NCBI GenBank assembly: GCA_900617105.1
Contig: UYFQ01000001.1
Span: 1,302,001-1,366,000, forward strand
DNA length: 64,000 nucleotides
From: Hydrurus foetidus
Lineage: Eukaryota
Direction: 5' to 3'
Below the pieces are notes generated by a model. It ran no database searches and was not told where the DNA came from. It was given only the letters and a program-made list of their open reading frames with translations. Each line of letters starts with the position of its first letter. Position 1 is the first letter of the stretch. The position numbers and the translations under genes were made by a program. Shown here piece by piece: positions 51,751 to 62,119 of this stretch.

Positions 51751-52452
51751 ATGCATATTCAGGGAAATGTGACGAAAATCGGAGCCTTTGATCTAGCCGC
51801 CCATGTGATGGACATTTCCGCAGATCAAGAGTATCGATACGTTATTGAGGTCACCGCCGATAAGCGTGAACGGGTTGGTCAGTACTTCCCGACACATGAG
51901 CTAAGGAAGGTCTTGCCGGCTGACTTGCCCAACGATTTTTATCTCTCAATTGAAAGCATTGATTCCCAGCGCACTCAATTCAGGAACCTTCGGTACTTGA
52001 CGCTGACCAAGAAGCCAAGACACAACAGATTGTGTGCCCTTATAAGCTTTGAGCACTGGGATTGGCACCTTCCCGAAAACTTGCACCACTTCGCAGAGCG
52101 ATTTGTTATGGACGCTCAAACAGAGCGCTGACCTTCAATTGACGCCACCTTTGATCGCGAAGATGTCGGTGTCTCTGTGTTCGCCACCGTCTCGGCTCCG
52201 TCAAACCAGGATCTTTACGCAACGTTTCTGCAACTAGCGGCCAGCACCCTTGGTGCACACCGGGCAACGCTTGCGCAAGGCTACAGCACACCATCCGAAT
52301 CAGCACCGAGGGAACCGACTGAGGTAAAGTCGTCGCCTCAGATTAGCGACTCGCATGGACCCCGTTGGTGGATCCGCTATGTAGTTGTTCCAATATTGGG
52401 TAGTGGCACGGTTGCGGCCGTAATTGCCGGGATGTTGGGGCTTCTGAAATGA
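51751..52452 (+). pseudogene. Cassette D gene with one in-frame TGA (52129-52131) and a C-terminal TM helix
   Basis: ORFs 51751-52131 and 52177-52452 share one frame, separated only by the TGA; cassette runs from GTTAGGC to GCCTAAC. Confidence 0.7.
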
Positions 52453-52500
52453 GTCAGCCGGGAAGCCAAATCAAGTGCAAAACCGTGCCTTCGCGCCTCA

Positions 52501-52554
52501 GCCTAACGAATAAGGTTAGATCGTGCTTGCCACGATCTGAACCGGCTGTTGGAC
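52501..52554 (-). other. attC-like site belonging to element 2 (read on the minus strand)
   Basis: GTCCAAC AGCCG GTTCAGAT CGTG-GCAAG-CACG ATCTAAC CTTATTC GTTAGGC. Confidence 0.8.
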
Positions 52555-52770
52555 GAGCCCGGTTTTGGGCGACGCTTCTCGCCCACTGCAAATATCTTTT
52601 TGAAGTCCCCGGTGGAATGTGTGTTTGCGTAGCGCCTGCGTGATGGCGACTACGTAGAGGGTGGCGTTGCGGCACCTGAGATCAAGCAAAGCAAGGTGCT
52701 GTTGCTGTTTTTGGCCGAGCGCTGACACAGCACCAACTGGGCACTGCCGGGGCCGATGATGCTTTGAGAA

Positions 52771-53880
52771 TTACTGGCTCGTGCAGGCCTCACTTGGTGC
52801 GCTTGGCGGCGCTTTTGGGGGTGTCGTGATGCGCCGCCGAATGACGGTCATCGCGCCGCCACAACAGGCGCATGTCCATTGTGCTCGAGGTGTTGCGTTT
52901 GCTGGCGCTGCGTTTGCCCGCTTGAACACCAGCAACTTCAGCAGTGCAATCAGCCGCTTGCTGTTGGGGTGCAGGAAGCCAAAGTTACGCGCTCGCCTGA
53001 AGCCTTTGGGCAAGACGTGCTGTAACACCAGCCGCAAAAACTCTGCGCCGCTGACGGTGCGTGTGGCCATCTTCTGGGTCTTGCTGTCCCGCCAGCGGTA
53101 CGTCACGGTTTTTTCGTCGCAACGCAGGATGTCTTTCTCCTGAATCACCCCTCGGTACAAGTAGCGCCCCAGATAGACCAAGGCCTTCTTGCCATCGCCC
53201 ACCCCCTTGCAATCGACCACCCAGTCTTTGGGCAAGTTGTTTGGAATACTCAAACCTTGATCGCGCAAAGCCGACAAGAACTTGCCGCGAAACACTTTGG
53301 CCAAGGCCTCGTGATTAAACAAATAGCCCTTGCCTTTGCTACTGCGGCGCAAGCTGCGCCACAGACCCTTGTCGGCATCCAGCGCTGCCCCTGGCATGAC
53401 CATGTGCACATGGGGATGGAATTCCAATTGCCGCGAATGCGTGTGCAGCACGGCCACGGCACCAGGCGTGCCTTGCAACTGTCGGTGGTTCTGGCTGAAC
53501 GTGCGTAGCGTCTGCCAGGCGCAATCCATCAAGGCGGTGTAGACGACACGTTGGTGCTGCCACGCCAGCGCTCTCAGTTCTGCGGGCAAAGTGAACGTGA
53601 TCAGAAAGTAGTTGCCCGGCACCAGCGCTTTAGTTTGTCGCTCTGTCCAAGCTTGGCTCTCATGGTGCTGGCAGTGCGGACAATTGCGGTGACCGCACGA
53701 ATGCGGCACGACACGTTGTTCGCCACAGTCACCACACTGGGCCAGCATGCACGGGGCCAAGGCGGTGCGGCAGCGCCGCATGGCGTTGAGCGCTTGGCGT
53801 TGTGGGTGAGCGGCGCACCGGGGGTATTGGCTGAGGTAGTCCGCGCCAAAGCGCTCGATGAGATGGACAAGCGGGATCAT
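52771..53880 (-). CDS. IS91-family HUH (Y2) transposase/replication initiator
   Basis: [24 protein letters not shown]-terminal CACC. Confidence 0.92.
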   Translation of the reverse strand: MIPLVHLIERFGADYLSQYPRCAAHPQRQALNAMRRCRTALAPCMLAQCGDCGEQRVVPHSCGHRNCPHCQHHESQAWTERQTKALVPGNYFLITFTLPAELRALAWQHQRVVYTALMDCAWQTLRTFSQNHRQLQGTPGAVAVLHTHSRQLEFHPHVHMVMPGAALDADKGLWRSLRRSSKGKGYLFNHEALAKVFRGKFLSALRDQGLSIPNNLPKDWVVDCKGVGDGKKALVYLGRYLYRGVIQEKDILRCDEKTVTYRWRDSKTQKMATRTVSGAEFLRLVLQHVLPKGFRRARNFGFLHPNSKRLIALLKLLVFKRANAAPANATPRAQWTCACCGGAMTVIRRRITTPPKAPPSAPSEACTSQ

Positions 53881-54808
53881 TTGACACCCGCCCAATCGAG
53901 ATGGAAGCGGCCCATCAGGGTTTCGATCTTCGTGCTGGCTTGCGTGTGGGTGCCGTGCGTCAGGTGGGTGTAACGGGTGGTGGTGAGGATGCTGTGGTGG
54001 CCCAGAATCTTCTGCACTTCCAGCAGATCTACCCCGGCTTCGATCAGGTGCGTGGCATAGCTGTGGCGCAGGCTGTGCGGAGTGATCTTTTTTTTAGGCC
54101 GCAATCCAGCGTGACTTGATGCAGCGTCTTTTGCACGCCGCCTCGGTCTAGGGGCGTGCGTGCCGCATGCGCCCCCGCCAGGCCGCCCAAGCGGTTGGGG
54201 AACAGCAACTCAGGGTTGCGGTGGGTTTGCCAAAAGCGACGCAGCACATCCAGGGTCATGACGGGCAGTGGCACGAAGCGGTCGCGGTTGCCTTTGGAGT
54301 CGCGTATGTGCACGCGCTGGCGTACCGCATCAATGTCACTGACCTTCAAGGCCAGGCCTTCGCTCAGGCGCAGGCCCATGCTGTAAACGGTGAAGTAGAA
54401 CACCCGGTAGCTCAAGACCCGCGTGGCCATGAACAGGGTTTGCGCTTCTTCGACGGTGACGATGTCGGGCAGGCGCTGCACCTTGGGCGGTTTGATGAAG
54501 TTGGGCATGGCCCAGGGTTTGCCCAGCACGTGCAGGGTGTAGAACTTGAAGCCATAGAGGTCAAGCTTGACGGCGCTCCACGAGTGGGAGGCGATCAGGT
54601 CGCTGAAGTAATCGGTGAGTTGTGCGGGGGTCAACACATCAAGCCGGAAATCAAAGTAGTCGCCCATGCGCCGGATGGCACGGGCATAGGCGTCAATGGT
54701 TTTGGGTTGCAGGCCTTTGAGCTTGAGGTGCTGCAAGTGGGTGCGGTACGCGCTGGAAAAGGGTTCAGGAAAGGCAACGGGGTCAAAGCCGCCGGGATGG
54801 GTGGACAT
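53877..54808 (-). CDS. Tyrosine recombinase split by a -1 frameshift at A8G (54088-54095)
   Basis: YSMGLRLSE in frame 0; [11 protein letters not shown]...LGHH...TRYTHL in the -1 frame. Confidence 0.9.
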
Positions 54809-54928
54809 GGGCAAACTCCAGTGAAGTTGAAGGTCAACATGCCTCACAATTGCGGCATGCGCCTACAGCTTACGAATTCACCGATGGCCCTCGCGCCGCT
54901 CCCGCTCCGCGTAGCGGCTTCGTCCAAC

Positions 54929-54988
54929 TGTAGGTTCAACGCGGACAAAAATGCTACGCATTTTTGCCGGTTAACCTGGGCGTTCTAC
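54929..54988 (+). other. Right part of the cassette D attC
   Basis: TGTAG GTTCAAC GCGGA CAAAAATGC-TAC-GCATTTTTG CCG GTTAAC CTGGGC GTTCTAC. Confidence 0.85.
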
Positions 54989-55112
54989 GGCGCACGTGCT
55001 TGTCTGGCAGCCTACCCGAGCAACCATCCCACCGCGCGGGAAACAGGTGCTCCCCTGTCTGCCCAAAATCACCGCACCCATGCTTTAGGAAATCGCCAAT
55101 CTGGGCCAGCAC

Positions 55113-55292
55113 ATGGGCCATTACCTGGGTCAAACTGCCCGCCTGATGGTTGGCGTGCCCAACTACAGCGCCTACGTAGCCCACCAACGCAACACACACC
55201 CGGATCAACCCGTGGTGGACTGCGAAGCGTTTTTCAGGGAACGGCAAGAGGCGCGTTATGGCGGAAACGGGCATGTGGATGGTGATGGCTGA
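55113..55292 (+). CDS. YbdD/YjiX-family small protein (orphan, possibly decaying)
   Basis: MGHYLGQTARLMVGVPNYSAYVAHQRNTHPDQPVVDCEAFFRERQEARYGG; an upstream in-frame ATG at 55080 is blocked by TAG. Confidence 0.75.
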   Translation: MGHYLGQTARLMVGVPNYSAYVAHQRNTHPDQPVVDCEAFFRERQEARYGGNGHVDGDG

Positions 55293-55503
55293 ACACAAGC
55301 TGACTCATGGCTTTATCAGGGTCGCATGAAAGGGTTTTGGCCTCACCAAGGCCAAGCACTGACAACCCGCTCTACACTGCGCTCACAAAGCCTAGGTCAA
55401 CCCGTTCGAGGCGACCTTCGTTTTGTGACATAAGTCACGTTGTGCGGTAGGTACGGCAAGCTCTGCGGCCCCACCCACGGTGGCAAACACACTGCGAGTA
55501 GCT

Positions 55504-57279
55504 ATGCAAGCCTTATCCACACCGCCATCCATACCCGACGTTGCTCTCACCGACTTGCCAGCCACACTGGCACCTACTGACGCACTGCTGCCAGATTCAA
55601 AGAGCGCAGCACTGCCAAGCAGCGTCATGGCGCTTTTTGCCACCTCGGCCTTGGCGGCCTGTGGCGGTGGTGGCAGCAGCGATAGCCCAGCACCAGGCCC
55701 TGTGCCCGCCCCTGTACCTGCGCCTGTGCCCGCCCCCGCGCCCAATACATCACCCACCACTGCACAGGCCGCACGCCTCGTGCTGCAAGCCCAGTTCTCA
55801 GCCTCCACCGCCGACATCGCCGCCGTACAGTCGCTGGGCTACGCCGCGTGGCTGGATGCGCAATTCAGCGCCGCCCCCTCCACCACCGGGTGGGACTGGC
55901 TGATGGGCAAGGGCTACAACGATGCCAGCTTCATCAACAGCGCAGCCCCCGCGGATTACATGGTGTGGAACCAGCTCATTACCTCCCCGGATGCCCTGCG
56001 CAAACGGGTGGCGCTGGCTTTGTCGGAGATTTTTGTGGTCTCCAGCACCGGCGTCAACATCCAGTGGCGGCACTTTGCGATGGCCGCTTACTGGGACGTA
56101 CTGTCTGCCAATGCCTTTGGCACCTACCGCGCCCTGCTCGATGCCATCACGCTGAACCCGGCGATGGGCGTGTACCTCAACACCAAAGGGAACCAAAAAG
56201 AGGATGCCCCTACTGGGCGGCTACCGGACGAAAACTACGCCCGTGAGGTGATGCAGCTGCTGTCCATCGGTGTCTACAACCTCAACATCGATGGCAGCCT
56301 GATGCTGGACGCTTCAGGCAAACCGGTGGAAAGCTACGACCAGTCCACCGTCACCAACCTCGCCAAAGCCTTCACTGGCTGGGATTTCGACAGCACCGGG
56401 GCCACGGCGACCAACCCCTTGCAGGTCAAAACACCGATGAAGCTCACCGCTTCCCGGCATTCCACAGCGGCCACCACATTTTTAGGCACCACCATCCCCG
56501 CCAGCACGGACGGCACGGTGGCCCTCAAAACCGCGCTGGACGCGATTGCCAACCACGCGAATGTCGCCCCGTTCATCGCCAAACAACTGATCCAGCGCTT
56601 GGTGACGAGCAACCCCAGCGCCGCTTACGTGGGCCGCGTGGCGGCGGTGTTCAACAACAACGGCAGCGGTGTGCGAGGCGATCTCAAAGCCGTCGTTAAA
56701 ACCCTGCTGCTCGACACCGAAGCTCGCAGCGACACCGCCATGGCCCAACCCACCTGGGGGAAATTACGCGAACCGATGCTGCGCATGGTGCAATGGGCAC
56801 GCACCTTCAATGCAACGTCCACCAGCGGTGGCTGGCAAATCGGCGACCTGAGTGACGGCGGCACACGCTTAGGCCAAAGCCCCTTGCGCTCAGGATCCGT
56901 ATTCAACTTCTTCCGCCCTGGCTACGTGCCGCCCAACACCGCACTGGCCACCGCCGCTTTGGTAGGGCCGGAATTCCAAATCACCAACGAATCGACGGTG
57001 GCGGGTTACATCAACTACATGACGACCGTGGTGCGCTCTGGCGTGGTGGACGTGCTGCCCAACTACAGCGCCGAGTTGGCCTTGGTCAATGACACCACCG
57101 CCCTCACCGACAGACTGAACCTCTTGCTCTGCGCGGGCCAGCTTTCCAGCGCCACGCTGAACAGCATCCGCACCGCCATTGCCACCATCAGCACCAGCAC
57201 GACAGCGGGCCAGCAAAACCGCGTCTATGCCGCCGTGCTGCTGACCCTGGCTTCACCCCAGTACATTGTTCAAAAATAA
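55504..57279 (+). CDS. DUF1800-family lipoprotein
   Basis: Lipobox LAAC, PAMGVYL, PDENYAREVMQL, GKLREP, SVFNFFRP. Confidence 0.88.
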   Translation: MQALSTPPSIPDVALTDLPATLAPTDALLPDSKSAALPSSVMALFATSALAACGGGGSSDSPAPGPVPAPVPAPVPAPAPNTSPTTAQAARLVLQAQFSASTADIAAVQSLGYAAWLDAQFSAAPSTTGWDWLMGKGYNDASFINSAAPADYMVWNQLITSPDALRKRVALALSEIFVVSSTGVNIQWRHFAMAAYWDVLSANAFGTYRALLDAITLNPAMGVYLNTKGNQKEDAPTGRLPDENYAREVMQLLSIGVYNLNIDGSLMLDASGKPVESYDQSTVTNLAKAFTGWDFDSTGATATNPLQVKTPMKLTASRHSTAATTFLGTTIPASTDGTVALKTALDAIANHANVAPFIAKQLIQRLVTSNPSAAYVGRVAAVFNNNGSGVRGDLKAVVKTLLLDTEARSDTAMAQPTWGKLREPMLRMVQWARTFNATSTSGGWQIGDLSDGGTRLGQSPLRSGSVFNFFRPGYVPPNTALATAALVGPEFQITNESTVAGYINYMTTVVRSGVVDVLPNYSAELALVNDTTALTDRLNLLLCAGQLSSATLNSIRTAIATISTSTTAGQQNRVYAAVLLTLASPQYIVQK

Positions 57280-57295
57280 GCACAGAGCCCTCGCC

Positions 57296-58693
57296 ATGAA
57301 CACCAAAAACCATAGCAGCTCTAGCACATCCAATCTGGCACGCCGGGCATTTTTACAACGCGCTGGGCACTTGGGGCTGGCCGGCATCGCCACCCCCTGG
57401 GCGCTTAACCTCGCCGCCCTGGGTGAAGCCGCCGCCTTGACCGCCACCGACTACAAAGCCCTGGTCTGCGTCTTCCTCTACGGCGGTAACGACTACGGCA
57501 ACACAGTGCTGCCGGTGGACAACGCCAACTACGCCCGTTATGCCGCTATCCGCACCGGCATCGCCACCCCTCAAGCCAGCTTGGCGGCTACCGCACTCAG
57601 CCCCACCACCGCCCTGCCCAATGGGATGCAATTGGCACTGGCACCGCAAATGACGGCGTTCAAAACCCTGTTCGACGCAGGCAAACTGGCCGTTCAGCTC
57701 AACGTCGGCCCCTTGATCCAGCCCACCACGCTGGCGCAGTACAACGCCAAATCCGTGCCGCTGCCCCCCAAACTGTTTTCGCACAACGACCAGCAATCCG
57801 TCTGGCAATCGTCGCTGCCCGAAGGCTCCACCGCAGGCTGGGGTGGCAAGCTGGGTGATTTGGCACTGGCCAGCAACACGAATTCGGTCTTCAGCTGCAT
57901 CTCCGTCACCGGCAACGCGGTCTACTTGGCGGGGCAAACCGCTGTGCAGTACCAGGTCAGCACCAACGGTGCGGTGGCGATCAGCGGTGTCAAGAGTGGC
58001 TTGTACGGCTCCAGCAGCTGCGGTGCGGCGTTGAACGCGCTTATCACCCAGGCCAGCACCCAGACACTGGAAAACGAACACGCCAACATCACCCGCCGAT
58101 CCATCAGCGCAGAAGGCCAAGTGACAGGTGCATTGGCCAGCGTGCCCGCCTTCAGCACCGTCTACCCGGCGGGCAACTCCCTGGCCAGCCAGCTTCAGAC
58201 TGTCGCCAAACTGATCGCCGCACGCAACACGCTGGGCGCCAAGCGGCAAGTCTTCATGGTGTCGCTGGGCGGCTTTGATTTGCACGACAACCTGCCCACC
58301 TTGCACCCCGGCCTGTTGACGAACGTGTCGGATGCGATGGCGGCGTTCTACAACACCACCGTGGAACTCGGCATCAGCAACAACGTGACCGCCTTCACCG
58401 CATCCGACTTTGGCCGCACCTTGAGCTCCAACGGCGACGGCTCAGACCACGGCTGGGGCAGCCACCACTTTGTGCTGGGTGGCGCGGTGCAGGGCAAACA
58501 GTTCTACGGCACCGCCCCCGCCATCGCCGTCAACGGCACCGATGACGTAGGCCAAGGCCGCTTGCTGCCCACCACCTCGGTAGACCAGTACGCGGCCACG
58601 CTGGCATCGTGGTTCGGCGTGAGCGCAACTGAATTGCCCACGGTGATGCCGCATATCAGCAACTACAGTTTGAAGAATTTGGGGTTTGTGTAG
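57296..58693 (+). CDS. DUF1501-family Tat-exported protein
   Basis: RRAFL Tat motif, YKALVCVFLYGGND, SDFGRT, GSDHGWG. Confidence 0.9.
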   Translation: MNTKNHSSSSTSNLARRAFLQRAGHLGLAGIATPWALNLAALGEAAALTATDYKALVCVFLYGGNDYGNTVLPVDNANYARYAAIRTGIATPQASLAATALSPTTALPNGMQLALAPQMTAFKTLFDAGKLAVQLNVGPLIQPTTLAQYNAKSVPLPPKLFSHNDQQSVWQSSLPEGSTAGWGGKLGDLALASNTNSVFSCISVTGNAVYLAGQTAVQYQVSTNGAVAISGVKSGLYGSSSCGAALNALITQASTQTLENEHANITRRSISAEGQVTGALASVPAFSTVYPAGNSLASQLQTVAKLIAARNTLGAKRQVFMVSLGGFDLHDNLPTLHPGLLTNVSDAMAAFYNTTVELGISNNVTAFTASDFGRTLSSNGDGSDHGWGSHHFVLGGAVQGKQFYGTAPAIAVNGTDDVGQGRLLPTTSVDQYAATLASWFGVSATELPTVMPHISNYSLKNLGFV

Positions 58694-58803
58694 CAAAACG
58701 AGGGTAGTTTGGGGAAATTGCAAGCAGTGAAAAACATTTAATGTAACTTTTATAAACTATAAAATTATTGTAATATTCCAAATATTGCAATAAACTAGGT
58801 ACT

Positions 58804-59991
58804 ATGAACCCTATTCGTAATCCGTTTTCCCCCGGTGCGGGCACCCCTCCTCCTGAGTTGGCGGGCCGTGATGAATTGCGTGAATCGCTGCGCGTCACGC
58901 TGGAGCGGGCCAAAATTGGGCGGCCCGCCAAAAGTGCCATGTTGGTGGGGTTACGAGGTGTTGGCAAGACGGTATTGCTTGACCGGGTGCGCGAAGACGC
59001 AGAGGCAGCAGGCATCCACACCGTCAGAATCGAAGCGCCAGAAGGTCGTTCGCTTCCCGCACTGCTTGCGCCTCAACTGCGCCAAGCGCTCTTGCGCCTG
59101 AACCAGGTCGAAGCGGCCAAAGAGTTCGCGGTGCGCGGGCTGCGTGCTTTGGCAGGTTTCGCTAGCAAATTGAAAATCACTTATGGCGATATCGAAGTAG
59201 GCTTTGATTACGACCCTGAGCCAGGTTTGGCAGACAACGGCGACCTTGAGCATGATTTGCAAGCGCTATTTGAGCAAGTTGGCTTGGCCGCAAAAGCGGC
59301 AGGCACAGCATTGGCTATCTTCATTGACGAATTGCAGTATGTGGAAGAGCACCAATTAGCAGCACTGATAACGGCGATGCACCGCACAGAGCAACGCAAG
59401 TTACCTGTGGTTTTGATTGGGGCCGGCTTGCCTCAGTTGCGTGGCCGTATGGGCAACGCCAAGTCTTATGCAGAAAGACTGTTCGACTTCCCCACTATTG
59501 GCCCGCTGCCATCAGAAGCGGCCAGCCTTGCCATTGAAAAACCACTCCACGACGAAGGGGTAAATATTACCGCCGAAGCGTTGAATCAAATTCTGCAAAT
59601 CACGCAAGGCTACGCTTACTTTTTGCAGCAATGGGGAAGCCATACTTGGCGTGCTGCACTGACTTCTCCGATTGGTGTGGATGCCGTCACGGTGGCATCA
59701 AGCACGGCTGTGGCGGCCTTGGACGAAAGCTTTTTTCGAGTCCGTTTTGACCGGCTCACGCCCAAGGAAAAAAAATATCTCCGTGCCATGGCCGAGTTGG
59801 GTGAAGGCCCACACAGATCGGGCGATATCGCTACCTGCTATAGGGCAGACGTTTCATCGCTGGCCCCTACGCGCAGCTCGCTGATTGGCAAAGGCATGGT
59901 ATGGAGTCCCAACCACGGGGACACTGCGTTCACCGTACCCATGTTTGACGAGTTCATGAAACGGACAATTCCAGGTGACGATTGGCGATAG
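58804..59991 (+). CDS. AAA-type ATP-binding protein with C-terminal wHTH-like region
   Basis: NPFSPGAG, Walker A GLRGVGKT, Walker B IFIDELQ. Confidence 0.85.
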   Translation: MNPIRNPFSPGAGTPPPELAGRDELRESLRVTLERAKIGRPAKSAMLVGLRGVGKTVLLDRVREDAEAAGIHTVRIEAPEGRSLPALLAPQLRQALLRLNQVEAAKEFAVRGLRALAGFASKLKITYGDIEVGFDYDPEPGLADNGDLEHDLQALFEQVGLAAKAAGTALAIFIDELQYVEEHQLAALITAMHRTEQRKLPVVLIGAGLPQLRGRMGNAKSYAERLFDFPTIGPLPSEAASLAIEKPLHDEGVNITAEALNQILQITQGYAYFLQQWGSHTWRAALTSPIGVDAVTVASSTAVAALDESFFRVRFDRLTPKEKKYLRAMAELGEGPHRSGDIATCYRADVSSLAPTRSSLIGKGMVWSPNHGDTAFTVPMFDEFMKRTIPGDDWR

Positions 59992-60025
59992 CACCCCGCG
60001 AATTTCAACCGCTTTGCGATTCCAC

Positions 60026-60170
60026 CCTCAATCCACCGCTGCGCCGGAATGCCCGCTTTGAACGTGTGCTTCACCATCGTCATCTCTGTCACCGTATCGG
60101 CCAGCGCGATGATCTCGGGTGGGCAGCGGCAGCCTGTGAGGCAAACGTGAACGTCCTTGGGCCGGGCCGC
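60026..60170 (-). pseudogene. Diverged duplicate of the cobO 3' end (145 bp; partner 61509-61653)
   Basis: [48 protein letters not shown] versus the cobO C-terminus. Confidence 0.9.
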
Positions 60171-60180
60171 TACATCTGCT

Positions 60181-60570
60181 TTACACCCATAGATCATTCA
60201 TGGCGGTGCGCTCTCCATTTTCCTCACCCGTATTGACAGTACCGCGCGGTTCGATGAGCAGCATCTTGACCTCTTTTTCTGCAAAAGGTTTGTGCTCGAT
60301 TCCTTTGGGAACAACAAACATCTCACCCGGATTCAGGTAGACGCAGCCATCTCTGAAGTCGATTCGCAAGCAGCCATCGATAACCAGGAATACCTCGTCT
60401 GTTTCTGCATGATCGTGCCAGATGAAATCGCCTTCAATTTTGACAACCTTGAATTGGTTATCGTTCATTTCAGCAACCACTCTTGGTTGCCATTGGCCCT
60501 CGAACTGGGACAGTTTTTCAAGAAAATTAATGCTGGAATAGGTTTTGCCAGCCTGCATGCTGATGCTCAT
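60181..60570 (-). CDS. Cupin-domain protein
   Basis: GDFIWHDHAETDEVF...VPKGIEHKP. Confidence 0.9.
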   Translation of the reverse strand: MSISMQAGKTYSSINFLEKLSQFEGQWQPRVVAEMNDNQFKVVKIEGDFIWHDHAETDEVFLVIDGCLRIDFRDGCVYLNPGEMFVVPKGIEHKPFAEKEVKMLLIEPRGTVNTGEENGERTAMNDLWV

Positions 60571-60614
60571 GGGATGCTCCTGAGGTTTAAAAACCGAGGA
60601 TACAAGTGCCTCGT

Positions 60615-61454
60615 TCAGACGTCTTGAACGATTGTGCGAGTTGGCGCATGGGTTGTCGTTGTCTTCAGCCAACGTGCTGGAGACAGACCAAAGGCTTTCG
60701 CAAACTGCCGGGTCATATGGCTCTGATCAGCAAAACCAGCGGCAAATGCGCAGTCCGCCAAAGAGTGGCCTAACTGCATTGACCGCTTGACAACATCCAG
60801 GCGTCTCAAGGTCTGGTAGCGGTACGGGCTGGTACCGAAAAACTGCTTGAAGTCGCGTGACAAGCTCCAGCGGTCGCGTGCGCAGGCCAACTCCAGTTGC
60901 GCCATGGTCACACCAACACCGAGAGACTCATGGATGTAATCGCGAGCTGACTGTGCAGCTGAAAAACTTGCCGTGCAGCGTCGTGGCTTGGTGCCCGCGG
61001 CGCTCTCAAGTGCTGAGGCCAAATTTGCCAATGCTTCATGGCTCGCCAAGTCATTACAGCCCAGGCTGGTATCGTGCACCAAGGCCGCCACGGCCAGCTT
61101 GAGATGCGGATGCCTGGAAATGCCGCCTTCAATGAAGGGTAACGCGTTACCACCCAAGGCTTGTTGCAGCAAAGCGGGTTCAAGGTAAACCATCCGGTAG
61201 CCAAAGCCCTCGTCAGTGCCAGCTTGCCCATCGTGGGGTTCGTCAGGATGCAACACCATGATGTCGCCAGGCAAGCTGTTTTGCAGACTACGGCGGTAAT
61301 TGAAGCTTTGCACGCCGTGCAGTGTGACACCAAGGGCATAGGTATCGTGCCTGTGCAAACCATAGGCATTGCCACAAAAGAATGCCTCAATCCGCTCAAT
61401 GCCAGCAAGCGGGGTGGAATGATGGATCCAGTCTTGGTTGGTGAATCTGCTCAT
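60615..61454 (-). CDS. AraC-family regulator
   Basis: HRHDTY cupin-like N-terminus; GFADQSHMTRQF HTH. Confidence 0.92.
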   Translation of the reverse strand: MSRFTNQDWIHHSTPLAGIERIEAFFCGNAYGLHRHDTYALGVTLHGVQSFNYRRSLQNSLPGDIMVLHPDEPHDGQAGTDEGFGYRMVYLEPALLQQALGGNALPFIEGGISRHPHLKLAVAALVHDTSLGCNDLASHEALANLASALESAAGTKPRRCTASFSAAQSARDYIHESLGVGVTMAQLELACARDRWSLSRDFKQFFGTSPYRYQTLRRLDVVKRSMQLGHSLADCAFAAGFADQSHMTRQFAKAFGLSPARWLKTTTTHAPTRTIVQDV

Positions 61455-61503
61455 GGTTGACTACTTTAAACCACTCGAACCAACCTGCCGACAACAAAAA
61501 GAC

Positions 61504-62073
61504 TCAATCCTCAATCCCCCGCTGCGCCGGAATCCCCGCTTTGAACGCGTGCTTCACCATCGTCATCTCCGTCACCGTATCGGCCAGCGCGATGATCTCG
61601 GGTGGGCAGCGGCGGCCGGTCAGGCAGACGTGAACTTCTTTGGGCCGCGCCGCCAGGGTGTCCAGAACGTCTTGCAACGGGAGCCAGCCGTAAATCAGCG
61701 GGTAGGTAATTTCGTCCAGCACCACCAAAAAGTAATCACCTGAGAGGATGGCCGCGCGGGCTTTTTGCCAGCCGTCACGGGCGAGTTGGGCGGAATGTTC
61801 CAGGTCTTGGCTTTTCCAGCTGAAACCATCGCCCAGACCTTCGATGGGGATGCCAATTTGCTCGAACATGCGGTGCTCGCCGAAGCGGGCACTGGGCACT
61901 TTCATGAACTGGTAAATCTTCACCGCTTTGCCCCGGCCATGCGCACGCAAGGCCAGGCCGAACGCGGCGGTGCTTTTGCCTTTGCCGTCGCCGGTGTTGA
62001 CGATGACGATGCCCCGGCGTTCGCCTTCAGGCTTTTCGTAGGGTTTGGTGGCGGGTGGGGTTTCGATCTGCAT
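61504..62073 (-). CDS. cobO: Cob(I)alamin adenosyltransferase
   Basis: [37 protein letters not shown]. Confidence 0.93.
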   Translation of the reverse strand: MQIETPPATKPYEKPEGERRGIVIVNTGDGKGKSTAAFGLALRAHGRGKAVKIYQFMKVPSARFGEHRMFEQIGIPIEGLGDGFSWKSQDLEHSAQLARDGWQKARAAILSGDYFLVVLDEITYPLIYGWLPLQDVLDTLAARPKEVHVCLTGRRCPPEIIALADTVTEMTMVKHAFKAGIPAQRGIED

Positions 62074-62119
62074 GGTTTGATTTTGAGAGATAAAAAGAGG
62101 GAAAGGGATAACAGCGTCG

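Larger units (their letters stand above)
52508..54928 (-). mobile_element. YR + IS91-type Y2 transposase element, copy 2, inserted at the attC R'' box
   Basis: Same ends and gene order as copy 1; flanks GCCTAAC| and |TGTAGGTTCAAC rejoin into an attC. Confidence 0.9.

Noticed and set aside
55686..55745. Repeats encoding PAPVPAPV in the DUF1800 gene
   Set aside because: Ordinary Pro-rich lipoprotein linker.
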